From the NCBI GenBank assembly GCA_047495785.1, contig JBLDXI010000017.1, positions 1,426,001 to 1,490,000 of the forward strand: a DNA stretch of 64,000 bases, read 5' to 3'. The notes under the pieces were generated by a model that searched no databases, was not told the DNA's origin, and saw only the letters and a program-made list of their open reading frames with translations. The position numbers and the translations under genes were made by a program. Positions 1 to 9,402 of the stretch are shown here, one piece after another (the stretch's first letter is position 1; every line of letters begins with the position of its first letter). Origin of the DNA: Lepidodermella squamata. Its lineage: Eukaryota; Animalia; Gastrotricha.

Positions 1-1125
1 AAGTTGTTGTGAACCCCCAGCAAAGGTCCTTTAAGATCAATCCGGCCCTGTTGAACTAGGGTCACTGAATCTGTTGCGTATAGATAGAAATAGCCGAATT
101 TTGTGAGAACGCAGAACCAAGACACCTCTTCGAAAAATTGATACTGTGTGCTGAACTAATTAGAAAAACATTTATTAGAAAAATGAAAAATAACAACGGA
201 GCAATACCTGAATAGCGACCGGATAATCTTTCGCTTGAGAGATGCTATCAAACGCGATACGATTATGGGATGTCTCTTCAACCAGCATTCGAGGGCCTCC
301 AAGACGGATCGTGCTTATTCGACCGAGACCAGAACGATTCCTAGCAGCAATCGCCAAGTATTTATCCAATTTCAGAGTGCTCGGCCGGAAAAAGGCAGCA
401 ACTTGACCCTGCATGGTCACAACATGTTGGCTAAATTGGAACAATTGAATATGGCCTAGCTTATGGTGTCCGAAATTGTCAGGATTAGGTTCGATGCCAA
501 TTAGAGCTCTCCATTGTCTTTTACTCGAATCAATCAAATAATCCACGATTTCAACATGATCGATATCGAAATTCGGATCATCAACCGGTCGCTGAAGTTC
601 TTCCTTCTGAGAGCTGTAATATTTCGACTTCAACATATCAGGGTCTATCGAAATGTGGAAAACAGATCGTTTTGTGACTACTGCCAGAGTTTTCGGCAGC
701 CATTTCACGAAAACAACGCTATCTCGCCCGAACTCAATGCTTCGAACTTTGCTATCCTCCATTTTTTCAGTCAGCCATACTTGGACATTGTTCGAATTGT
801 TGCTTGTTTTCTCGATTAGGGCAATGTATTGACCATCTGGACTGACCGTGGCGAGGTCGGCGCAGATTGGCCCGCGGCGTTTCATCTGCTTGAAAGATCG
901 ATCGATATCGTCGCATAGGGCCAAGTCGCCTAACAGAACTTGGGAACTTCCAACTAAGGTCTCAGAGGCTGCTTGAATGCAAAGATGGGTGTTTTCATAG
1001 CCACGATCGATGTCGGAAGGGACTGATAGCAAAGACGTAGCTCTGATATCTTTCACGTCGATGCCGTAGTCGGACAAAGAAGGCAGTTCGTAAGCTTCGA
1101 AAGGATTCGAAGAAAGAGAAAACAT
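1..1125 (-). CDS. Divergent clathrin heavy chain N-terminal (terminal domain, beta-propeller)-like protein; 3' end runs off the window
   Basis: ORF 175..1194 matches clathrin TD motifs: ICADLATVSPDGQYIAL (cf. ISADSAIMNP..VIAL), VVFVKWLPKTLAVVTKRSVFH (cf. VTFWKWIS..VALVTDNAVYH), GHIQLF, QGQVAAF, DYPVAIQ. A further exon below ~140 reads CVLTKFGYFYLY (cf. FLITKYGYIHLY). First ATG at 1125. Confidence 0.7.
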
Positions 1126-1634
1126 TTTCGAGTTCTGCTTCGCTGAATGATGTACAGCCCCTATAAATACTGCTCTCAAGTCCTGAAGGTTCAAAAATAT
1201 GTTTTGTGTTTACGAAGTTGCTTGAAATCACTAGGCTTTTTCGCAAACCGTGGTAAAAATCGATATTGTTTTATTCATCTGAGGGTGTAATTGACCACCT
1301 TTTCAATTCTTCATCAATTTTTCATGTAATAATGGTTGTTTTGTTGTTTTGAATGTTTCGGAACGCCTCTGAACTGAAAAGAGCCACACATGATGTGGAC
1401 AATTCTTGAAGGCTTGATTGCAGGATGCGAATATTTGCTGCTTTATGCATTCATCTCATTCTCCATTCATATGCATTTTTGTTCGCGTCTAGACGGAAAA
1501 TGTTGTGAACAAATGTTCGCAATGTCCAGAAAACAGGAAGGCATATTCTTCCACATCGCCATTCCATAAAAACTTCGCTGACGGTAGCTTGCTTGGGGTC
1601 TAAAAATTTGTGCCACTATAAAACTGAAGTTTCA

Positions 1635-1768
1635 GCCATAGAGATCAGATTAACGTGATTTTTAACATCTTGATGGAATTCAGCTTAAGCTGGCCTCATC
1701 GTTTTTCCAAGAAAAACAGCGGAAATTCTTCTGAGTGGGGCAGTCAACCTTGATCAAACCTGGTTCCC
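1635..1768 (+). pseudogene. 5' part of a decayed Cys-loop ligand-gated ion channel (nAChR-like) gene, interrupted by the Polinton
   Basis: Reads DQINVIFNILMEFSLSW, then after a frameshift VNLDQTWFP. Removing the element and one TSD joins this to FINHLNAA, resembling the IWxPDIxLxN motif. Confidence 0.45.
1763..1768 (+). repeat. 6-bp target-site duplication GTTCCC (left copy)
   Basis: GTTCCC immediately precedes AGGAGGATTCG; an identical copy follows the right end at 19659-19664. Confidence 0.95.
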
Positions 1769-1990
1769 AGGAGGATTCGTAACCGCGGATAAAAATTTAA
1801 ACGAAGACAAGGCTGACCTCGACATTTAAAAATATTAATTTTTTAAGTTCGATACCAATAGCTTAATATCATTTCCTTCCCTAATCCTAAGTCCTAAGTC
1901 TCAAGTCCTACTAGTCGTAGCAGGGGATAAAAAATTAAAACTAGGTCAAGGTCGACCTGGACATTTTTTAAGGCGGATACCACTGGGGTC
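1769..1990 (+). repeat. Left terminal inverted repeat (first 42 bp perfect, ~220 bp degenerate)
   Basis: aggaggattcgtaaccgcggataaaaatttaaacgaagacaa is the exact reverse complement of 19617-19658. Inner blocks (tctcaagtccta, gtcgtag, ggataccact) also match the right end. Confidence 0.9.
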
Positions 1991-2028
1991 TTTTCTAACA
2001 GGATCTACAACATTTATTAGTGTTAGAA

Positions 2029-2667
2029 CTATACAGGGAACAAAGCATCCAGATCTAGGTCGGTTAAAATCAGGTCAGTCAGTTCTTTCTCATAAACATC
2101 AGCGCAAAGTTTTACAAACGCACGTACAACAGAGAATCCATGATCTAGGCTGATCACTCCCATGACGTTGAATTTGTATGAACTAGGGAAAAAACTGAGT
2201 TTTATGTTGTTAATAGTAAATCTCATGGCGCTAAATGATTCAGGAATGTAAACTACTCGGAATCCTGGCATGTGTAACGAAGCGAAAGCTCTAAATAATG
2301 CAGATGCGTGAGAAAATCTAAAAGGTAACTGACCAGTGATAACAATATTTCGGATTTTAAAGTGACTGAAACTCAAATGTGGAATGTTAGTCCATTGTCT
2401 GAGTTTAAAAACGATTGATAATACTTTAGACTCGAACTCAGCAATGTCACGAAATCCCTTCCCACCAATAACAATAACATATCCAGTGGAGTAAACCATA
2501 GCAGTTATACGCACTACAAACCGAATTCGAGTAGTTACAGGGACTTGCCTGCTATCAAAATAGGTATTGACACCGTGATTAGCAAGGTGATGTAAATCAA
2601 TAGAGCATCCAAGGCTGAAAGTCGCAACAATGTTGGACACAGAAACATCGATATCATACGTTTGCAT
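2029..2667 (-). CDS. TATA-binding protein (TBP/TRF2)-like protein, element-encoded
   Basis: Two TBP repeats: SNIVATFSLGCSIDLHHLA...RITAMVYSTGYVIVIGGK and FKIRNIVITGQLPF...YIPESFSAMRF. Intronless, 212 aa. Confidence 0.85.
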   Translation of the reverse strand: MQTYDIDVSVSNIVATFSLGCSIDLHHLANHGVNTYFDSRQVPVTTRIRFVVRITAMVYSTGYVIVIGGKGFRDIAEFESKVLSIVFKLRQWTNIPHLSFSHFKIRNIVITGQLPFRFSHASALFRAFASLHMPGFRVVYIPESFSAMRFTINNIKLSFFPSSYKFNVMGVISLDHGFSVVRAFVKLCADVYEKELTDLILTDLDLDALFPV

Positions 2668-3581
2668 TTAACAAAACTAGGGATTGCTGGGCAGAAGGTC
2701 GGGAGTTCGGATCGTGAGCAAACAAAAGTAATAGGAAATCGAGCAAAGGCTTGTACTCGGCGATAGAAAAATGAGTTAAGTTCTCTAATGATCTAAAGAA
2801 AACATCAGGACATGAAGTTTTAAAGTTGACATCATCAAACAAAGTCACAGGGTTACAAGCAGTGAAAAACGGAGTTAAGGTAACAAGTTCGATGATAGAT
2901 GCAGCCAGAGACCAAATGTCAATCTTGTTAGTGTAGTTTGGTTTCGGGAAAACAATTTCAATCGCTCGATAGTGGAATGTGGTTACAGTGCCGGTCATTT
3001 CTCCGGAACAACCGGGATCGACTTGCTGACGTGCGATGCCAAAGTCGCCAAGGGAAACATCCAGCCAGCTGGTTTGAAGTAGAATGTTCTGCAGAAATCG
3101 CTTAGGGATAAGAAAACAAAGGTTGAAAATATCAAACCTGTGGGCAAACATCGCGGTGAATGATACCAATAGCGTGGACGTATGCTAACGCCTTCAACAA
3201 CTGACGCAACCATCGACGAACAAATGTCAGAGGCCAAGGACAGGAAATTAATCCCAATAGGCGTTTCATGTCCATGAGATGGCATTCTAACACAATAAAC
3301 GCACACTTGCCAGTAAAAATGAACTCGTGCATTCTAGACAGGAAAAAAAACATGTCAAGGGAATGCTGTAAGTCTGTAATGGCAACATACTTGACAACAT
3401 TAGGCGCGTCTTGCAAAAGCTGCAGACACTCAATTTCTCGATTGGCTGATTCCTGGCAAACGTGTTTGGTAATGTTAATCATCTTCACCGCAAATACTCG
3501 GTTGAGCCAATTGTTCCGCTGCAAACTCACACTGCCGAAGGATCCAGACCCTATAGGTCGAATGTAGTCGTAATTTTCCAT
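2654..3581 (-). CDS. CDK-like Ser/Thr kinase, 3 exons (3581-3391, 3333-3138, 3088-2654), ~273 aa
   Basis: MENYDYIRPIGSGSFGSV, FAVK, ESANRE, spliced HRDVCPQ^NILL, DFGIAR, TTFHYRAIE, IDIWSLA. GT-AG introns at 3334-3390 (57 nt) and 3089-3137 (49 nt) give one continuous frame. Confidence 0.88.
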
Positions 3582-3602
3582 ATTTAAACCAACTCACTAG
3601 AA

Positions 3603-4862
3603 ATGAGCGAACACAAGAAAATGGTAGATGAAATCGACGAGAAACTTCGGCCAATCTACTTCAACCCGGCAGAAAAGGGCAGTCTCGGCAGCGTTGCAGC
3701 TCTCTACAGATCGTACAAGGCTAAATACCCCGATGGAAAGATAAGGTTGCAGCAAGTACGGAAATGGCTTGGCGAACAACGAGCATGGAGCGTATACAAG
3801 CAGGTAGCGACCCGGAATCGGATCACGAGGAAGGTTGCATGCTTCAGCAGAAGGAGTTTGTTCGCAATGGATTTGATGGACACGCGGAACGTAAAAGAGG
3901 AAAACGACAATGTTCAGTATCTTTTAACAGCCAAAGATACGTACAGTCGATATGCCTGGGTGCAAACGATGCGTAACAAGACCGGGCCTGAAACTTTGAG
4001 AGCTTTAAAAATAGTCATGAGGGAAGCGAAACAGAAACCTTATGCTGTAGTATTCGATCGAGGCTCGGAATTTTTCAATAAGCATGTCGAATCGTACCTG
4101 AAATCTGAATCAATTCATTATTATGCCACAAATTCAGAAAAGAAAGTCCCTCAAATTGAATCGTTCAACAAACTATTGAGGATGAGGCTGGCTAAACTGG
4201 CAATAGCACGAAATGACACACGATTCATCGATGATTTGCAGGATATAGTTAAGGTTTACAATAACAGTATTCACTCGTCAACAAAATTCACACCATCAGA
4301 GCTGTATAATGACGACGAAACAGGGAGAAAGATCGCAAGCGAGAAAGAGTTGAATCTCGAGATTTTCGAGGATAGCCCTAGGCAGTTCGTAGCATATGAA
4401 AACGTATTCGGCAAGGTGAAGCGTGGAAGAGAGAAAACACAGCCGCCTGCATTTAAGTTGGGCGACGTAGTTCGGATATCATCAGAGAGGGGAGTGTTTG
4501 ATCGCGCTCGCCATTTCACATACACGGACGAATATTTTAAAATAGCGCGAGTGATTAGACCAGACAAGTACGGACCATACACATATAAACTGTACGAATG
4601 GGATAAGGAAAAGGGCGATTACACTGAACCGGTGGCTGGTGTATTTTATCGCCACGAGCTTCAGAAAGTAAAACTTCCAGACGAATATTTGATAGATGAA
4701 GTGGGTAAAGAAAAGCGTAAATTCAAAGACGGAACAACTCGAGTTTTAGTCAGTTGGGTTGGGTTTCCAAAATCACAGAGTTCGTGGGAACCAATAGATC
4801 AAATTAAATCGGTCAAAAATGCATATATAAAGCGGTCAAAACCACAGCGGAAACGAGAATAA
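3603..4862 (+). CDS. Retroviral-like (c-int) DDE integrase with C-terminal chromodomain
   Basis: DDE residues in AMDLMD, VFDRGSEF and IESFNK; YNNSIHSS; FKLGDVVRI; chromo-like VLVSWVGFPKSQSSWEP. Confidence 0.93.
   Translation: MSEHKKMVDEIDEKLRPIYFNPAEKGSLGSVAALYRSYKAKYPDGKIRLQQVRKWLGEQRAWSVYKQVATRNRITRKVACFSRRSLFAMDLMDTRNVKEENDNVQYLLTAKDTYSRYAWVQTMRNKTGPETLRALKIVMREAKQKPYAVVFDRGSEFFNKHVESYLKSESIHYYATNSEKKVPQIESFNKLLRMRLAKLAIARNDTRFIDDLQDIVKVYNNSIHSSTKFTPSELYNDDETGRKIASEKELNLEIFEDSPRQFVAYENVFGKVKRGREKTQPPAFKLGDVVRISSERGVFDRARHFTYTDEYFKIARVIRPDKYGPYTYKLYEWDKEKGDYTEPVAGVFYRHELQKVKLPDEYLIDEVGKEKRKFKDGTTRVLVSWVGFPKSQSSWEPIDQIKSVKNAYIKRSKPQRKRE
4824..4832 (+). promoter_or_regulatory. TATA box (TATATAAAG) upstream of the Arg-rich peptide
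   Basis: Exact TATATAAAG ~30 nt before the ATG at 4862; the same motif recurs before other structural genes. Confidence 0.5.
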
Positions 4863-4942
4863 TGTCTGGTCCAAGACGAGCAGTCCGTAAACGAAAATAC
4901 ACCGCACGGCGCAAGCGACACACACGGCGGCATCGGCGATAA
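4862..4942 (+). CDS. Protamine-like 26-aa Arg/Lys-rich peptide (MSGPRRAVRKRKYTARRKRHTRRHRR)
   Basis: ATG overlaps the integrase stop (TAATG) and the stop abuts the next ATG. 15 of 26 residues are R/K. Confidence 0.6.
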   Translation: MSGPRRAVRKRKYTARRKRHTRRHRR

Positions 4943-5212
4943 ATGCGCGCAACCACATCGCTCCCAAGCCGTATTGCTTGTGCAATAGAGCATCAAGAAT
5001 CAAGAGGAGAGCTGAAGCGGGCAAATAGTCCGGAATCCAGCACAATTAGTAGTAGAATAGCAGCAAGCATCAAAAGAAGACGGAAAGGCTTCGGAATCTT
5101 GACGCTATTAGCGCTGTTTGTTACATATTTCTCAATTGAAATATACTGGTCTTGGAGCGACAGACTAATTCATTGCATCGCACTAACAGCAGGTCGTAAT
5201 AAAACAGTATGA
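4943..5212 (+). CDS. Small predicted single-pass membrane protein (89 aa)
   Basis: KRRRKG followed by hydrophobic FGILTLLALFVTYFSIEIYW. Exactly fills the gap and overlaps the penton start (ATGA). Confidence 0.5.
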   Translation: MRATTSLPSRIACAIEHQESRGELKRANSPESSTISSRIAASIKRRRKGFGILTLLALFVTYFSIEIYWSWSDRLIHCIALTAGRNKTV

Positions 5213-7007
5213 ACACACAGCAAGAATTCCTGCTATACTTGCCTTCGAATGCGTCAAATGACCTATTTCCCGACAACACGCCCTCGTCGTACCGAGTGAA
5301 GTTGGCTAATGACATTGATCTCGGCACAGTTGGTAAGATAGTAAATTTAAAAGTTTGTTGTATAGAATGCATAAATTGAGCGTAATAGGTCAGTGGGAAA
5401 TGGGATTAGTAGAATTCAATGGGCCTTCGGCGTGGGAATCGCTGGAGCCGACGAAATTCTACGTGTTCGATTGCGGTTGGCTGGAAGGAGACAAGACCTC
5501 TGACCCGTTCGAATCGAAGCAAATGTTTGAGTGCAAAGTCGGAGGGGTGTATTACTCGAACATTGAGGAACTGCTGGAACACATGGTAAAGGAAATCAAA
5601 TCGATCACATTGGACATCAAGTTAGATTATACGAGTTTATCGAATCGTGTATCGATCAAGGTGGTGAAAGGTCACTGGGGAGTGTTCATACCAAGAGATC
5701 TCGCCCAAGTCTTGGGATTTCCAGACGCGTTCATAGTGTATCACATGTATCCTGATGGCTCGTCAGACGAAGTTGAACGGATAGGGAGGGTGTTCAGATA
5801 CATGCTAGGCTATGTCGTTCACGGGTACCGACAGGAAATACCATATCGACCGCAACCTGACAACCTTATTACTGGGAACAAGGTTACATATATTGGTCAG
5901 TTGTTTAAGAAGGGAACGGTCCGAGTCCGCCGATCAGCTGATGACGGAGACTGGGAATTAACACCACAACTGTCACCGAAGAGGCAGAAAAACAGTGAAA
6001 CCAGAAGCGCAGTGCCAGATGGCGCAAATGCGATAGATGAATGGGGGATCAGTGAGCCAGAAAACCCAGAGGATAATCAGGATATAGAACAGCATGAAGA
6101 CGCGGCTGCTGAATTGGCTACTAAGCCACCCAATCAAGTAGCAGCGGCTTCCCAGCCGGCAACCTCCCAGTCTTCGAGTCAGGGCTATGACGCTGCAGAT
6201 GAAACCAAACCGTCAACACAGAACCCTGTTCATACAACCTCACAGCCGACCGGTCAGAGCGTCGATGCTCCAGTTGAGACTAAATCGACATCTCAGAACG
6301 CTAATCAAGCTGCAGCTTCCCTGCCGGCGGGTCAGCCCACGAAGCAGTTATCGCAGAACGCTAGTGATCAGACACCCCCCTCGGGACAGAGCTCCTCTGC
6401 TGCAGTTGCTACCAAGCCGACAACACAGAACCCTGATCAGGTCGCTGCTGTTGCCAAGAAGCAAGCATCAAAGAACGTTGATGCTCAGGTGGCCTCCGCG
6501 AGACAAACCTCCACCGCTGCAGCTGCCTCCAAGCAAGCAGAAAATCAGAACCAAGCAGCTACAAGTGGCAAACCGACAACGCAGAACGCTGCTCCAGTTG
6601 CTAGCAAGCCGACTAGCTCAAAGGCAACAATGTCAGAATCGGAACCTGTAGAACGTGTCATAGCAGTCGTCGATTACACATACACATTTCATCATGAACA
6701 AAGGACGGCAACATTTTCGCCACAGTTGGATTACGGCATGCCGTTCCTATTTCTGTATACAGATGTTATTGATGATGTGTATGTCGGGAATACTCGAACG
6801 CCCCTGCTGCGTGTAATACCGACAGAAAAAGCGAGTGACAAGAGCAGTTTCTTCTCTAAAACATTTGAAAAACCCATATTTGTTCCGATTAAGCGTCGTG
6901 TGTTATCCGTAATTGAAATTCAGATATATAAAGACTCAGGGTTACCTGTAAAATTCGTCAGTGGTAAAGCAGTCATCTTAGTGCAAATTAGACCTATAGC
7001 TAAATAA
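5209..7007 (+). CDS. Minor capsid protein (penton) with a large low-complexity insertion; intron 5333-5388
   Basis: Spliced N-terminus MNTQQEFLLYLPSNASNDLFPDNTPSSYRVKLANDIDLGTVG^QWEMGLVE and C-terminal FLYTDVIDDVYVGNTRTPLLRVIP are typical Polinton penton motifs. Confidence 0.88.
6925..6933 (+). promoter_or_regulatory. TATA box (TATATAAAG) upstream of the core-protein gene
   Basis: Exact motif ~85 nt before the ATG at 7018. Confidence 0.4.
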
Positions 7008-7017
7008 AGAATAAATC

Positions 7018-7485
7018 ATGCAATCAGCTGATGCATACGAAGCCTTTTTGTTACAGCAAAGTGGTTATGGCATAGAACCTTTTCGCGGCCAGTCCATTGT
7101 TTTTCCCACATATCAGGTATGAAAGATGACGAGTACCTACCAAATGAAGCTGTATTGCGTATGTCGCTAATAGACAGGGAATGGTTTCGGGAGTGTTGCA
7201 GCTGGGTTTTTCCGAAACCACATAATTCCACTTCTCGGCCCCATATTTCGCAACTTATCCCATACGACGGCGAATATTGCTACCGACCTGTTGGAAAACA
7301 ATAACGCGAATCCAAGGGAAATACTGAAAAAGAGAGCTGTAGAAGGACTGAAAGGAGTTGCCAAAGACGTAATAACCAAAGTTGGGTCTCAAATCGGGAG
7401 CGGCAAGCGTCATCGCCGTCGGCAAAAGAAGAAGCCAGCGGTGAATAGGAAGAAGAAGAAGACCGCGAAACGGGTCTATTTTTGA
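7018..7485 (+). CDS. Polinton basic core-protein precursor (136 aa; intron 7117-7173) with QxGxG motifs
   Basis: MQSADAYEAFLLQQSGYG...YQ^TGNGFGSVAAGFFRNHIIPLL...QIGSGKRHRRRQKKK. Three QxGxG sites and a basic tail. Confidence 0.75.
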
Positions 7486-7492
7486 AAAAAAG

Positions 7493-7501
7493 TATATAAA
7501 G
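7493..7501 (+). promoter_or_regulatory. TATA box (TATATAAAG) upstream of the major capsid gene
   Basis: Intergenic exact motif 37 nt before the MCP ATG at 7538. Confidence 0.6.
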
Positions 7502-7537
7502 GGTGCCGAACACTTGTAGAATAAACATCCATTAGCC

Positions 7538-8827
7538 ATGTACGTCCATCCGTCATCGGAGAATGCCATACGCGCCGAGCTCAACGTGTTCACGTTAAAC
7601 CCGACGCAAGTGGAAATAGAGAGTAATTACATTACAGAATACGGCCCCGTGTCAGCAATAGCCAATCAGTCGCGAATCGATTTTGACGTCCCACCCAGCA
7701 ATGATTGGACCGATCTCAGTCGGTCGTACGTTGAAATAACGTGCAAAATCACGCACGTTGACACAGCCAAAGCGTCTGAGGAGATCAAATGTGGCCCAAT
7801 AAATCTGCTGTTGCACAGTATGTTCAGCCAGATCGATATGAGCATCAACAATACACAGATTAGCGAACCGGCTCCGACTTACAACTACAAGGCCTTCATT
7901 TCGACCTTACTGAGCTATGACCTTGCTGTAAAAGACAGCTATTTGGCGCTGCAAGGATACTATGCTGACGAGGCCGGCAAAGTCAGCGATCCTGCTGGGA
8001 AAGGTCACACAAATCGACTTGCATGGGCCAAAAAGGGTGAAATGGTTCTTATCGGCAAGCCGCATTTGGAGCTATTCTCTCAACCAAAATTCCTAATTCC
8101 AAACACGCCATTCAAGCTAACGTTTGTGCGAGCATCGGATGCGTTTGTTCTAATGCAAGCCGAGGCTGAAAAAAACAAGTACACGTTGACTGTCACCGAT
8201 GCCAAACTCAAGCTGCGGCGTGTTCGCGTTTCACCGCAATTCACGCTGGCACTGAACCGCACCCTGACAAAAACAACAGCGAAATACGGTGTTAACAGGT
8301 CTTTTATAAAGATCCTAAACTTGCAGAAGGGATCCTTGAACTATAACCTGGGCCATGTTATTCTGGGGAAAATTCCTAGGCGATTAGTAATGTGCTTTGT
8401 AAGCGATAAAGATTTCAAAGGCCATTCGAACAGCAGTCCTTACAATTTCAAAAATCCTGGCGTTCAACGAGTCTCCGTTACGATTGACAGTGAGCATGTC
8501 CCGAATAGTCCCCTTGAAATCGGCGAAAGTGAAAATAATGCAGCCCGTGCATTAAACGCCCTCCGAGAGACAATTTTTCCATATTCGAGCAAAACTAACG
8601 GCATCAAGTTGTCGGAATATGCCAAGGACGGATTTTCGTTCCTAGGGTTCGACTTGTCACCAGATTCGAGCCGTAGCGCTTACAGTCTAGTAAAAAGCGG
8701 AGTCTTGAACATTGACATTCTACTTAAATCAGCACTGGAAGACAATCTCATTCTATTGTGTTACTTTGAAACCGATCAAGTGATCGAATTGAATTTCGCA
8801 AGAAACGTTTTGGTGGACTTTACATGA
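7538..8827 (+). CDS. Major capsid protein (double jelly-roll)
   Basis: RAELNVFTLNPTQVEI, DLSRSY, PINLLLHSMFSQID, GKIPRRLVMCFV, SPYNF, FDLSPD. 429 aa, intronless. Confidence 0.92.
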   Translation: MYVHPSSENAIRAELNVFTLNPTQVEIESNYITEYGPVSAIANQSRIDFDVPPSNDWTDLSRSYVEITCKITHVDTAKASEEIKCGPINLLLHSMFSQIDMSINNTQISEPAPTYNYKAFISTLLSYDLAVKDSYLALQGYYADEAGKVSDPAGKGHTNRLAWAKKGEMVLIGKPHLELFSQPKFLIPNTPFKLTFVRASDAFVLMQAEAEKNKYTLTVTDAKLKLRRVRVSPQFTLALNRTLTKTTAKYGVNRSFIKILNLQKGSLNYNLGHVILGKIPRRLVMCFVSDKDFKGHSNSSPYNFKNPGVQRVSVTIDSEHVPNSPLEIGESENNAARALNALRETIFPYSSKTNGIKLSEYAKDGFSFLGFDLSPDSSRSAYSLVKSGVLNIDILLKSALEDNLILLCYFETDQVIELNFARNVLVDFT

Positions 8828-9402
8828 ATCTTCAACTGAATACCCTTCAATTGGACTGTCTAATGTCTTGTGACAAAGTCATTAGTAAACTTGCTGTAAG
8901 AAAGACTATTCCCTGGGACTATTTACCGCAATATCAGAAAATGAGCGAGCGACCGATGGCGCTGATAGTAAATACCGACGCAGCTGGCCAGCCTGGAAGT
9001 CACTGGCTATCAATATACATCCCGCATACGTTGGAACCAGCGTCGCTATTTGACAGCTATGGACAGCGAGGATTTTTCTACAATGAAGCGATTGAAAAAT
9101 TCTTGAACGAGATCAATGGACATGGTTATTACAACTACAATGGGCGAAAATATCAAAGCGAAAACACAGCGGTCTGTGGCTATTACGCTTATTGGAGCTT
9201 GCACTGGCTATCTCGTGGCGCAACGCTGGAAAAACTAGCATCAATGTTGAATCAGCAACACGTTTCGGATACGTTTGTTGTCCAACAAGTGACGAAGCTA
9301 TTTAAAGTGAGCAAAGCTGAAAACATGTCGCGTTATTTTGGCAACTGCAAGGGACATCAGTCATGTCAAGCAATGTGCCGGCAGAAACTGACTTTTCGCT
9401 AA
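8824..9402 (+). CDS. Adenain-like (C5/Ulp1 clan) cysteine maturation protease
   Basis: IVNTD..GQPGSHWLSI (His), FDSYG (Asp), YQSENTAVCGYY (Gln/Cys). Confidence 0.92.
   Translation: MNLQLNTLQLDCLMSCDKVISKLAVRKTIPWDYLPQYQKMSERPMALIVNTDAAGQPGSHWLSIYIPHTLEPASLFDSYGQRGFFYNEAIEKFLNEINGHGYYNYNGRKYQSENTAVCGYYAYWSLHWLSRGATLEKLASMLNQQHVSDTFVVQQVTKLFKVSKAENMSRYFGNCKGHQSCQAMCRQKLTFR

Noticed and set aside
6187-6651. 154-aa alternative-frame ORF within the penton insertion
   Set aside because: Expected by-product of a repetitive, stop-poor coding segment; no independent support.
9363-9400. ATPase N-terminus MSSNVPAE resembles the start of vertebrate UBL3 (MSSNVPAD)
   Set aside because: Seven-residue match in a region overlapping the protease frame, and the rest is a packaging ATPase; treated as coincidence.
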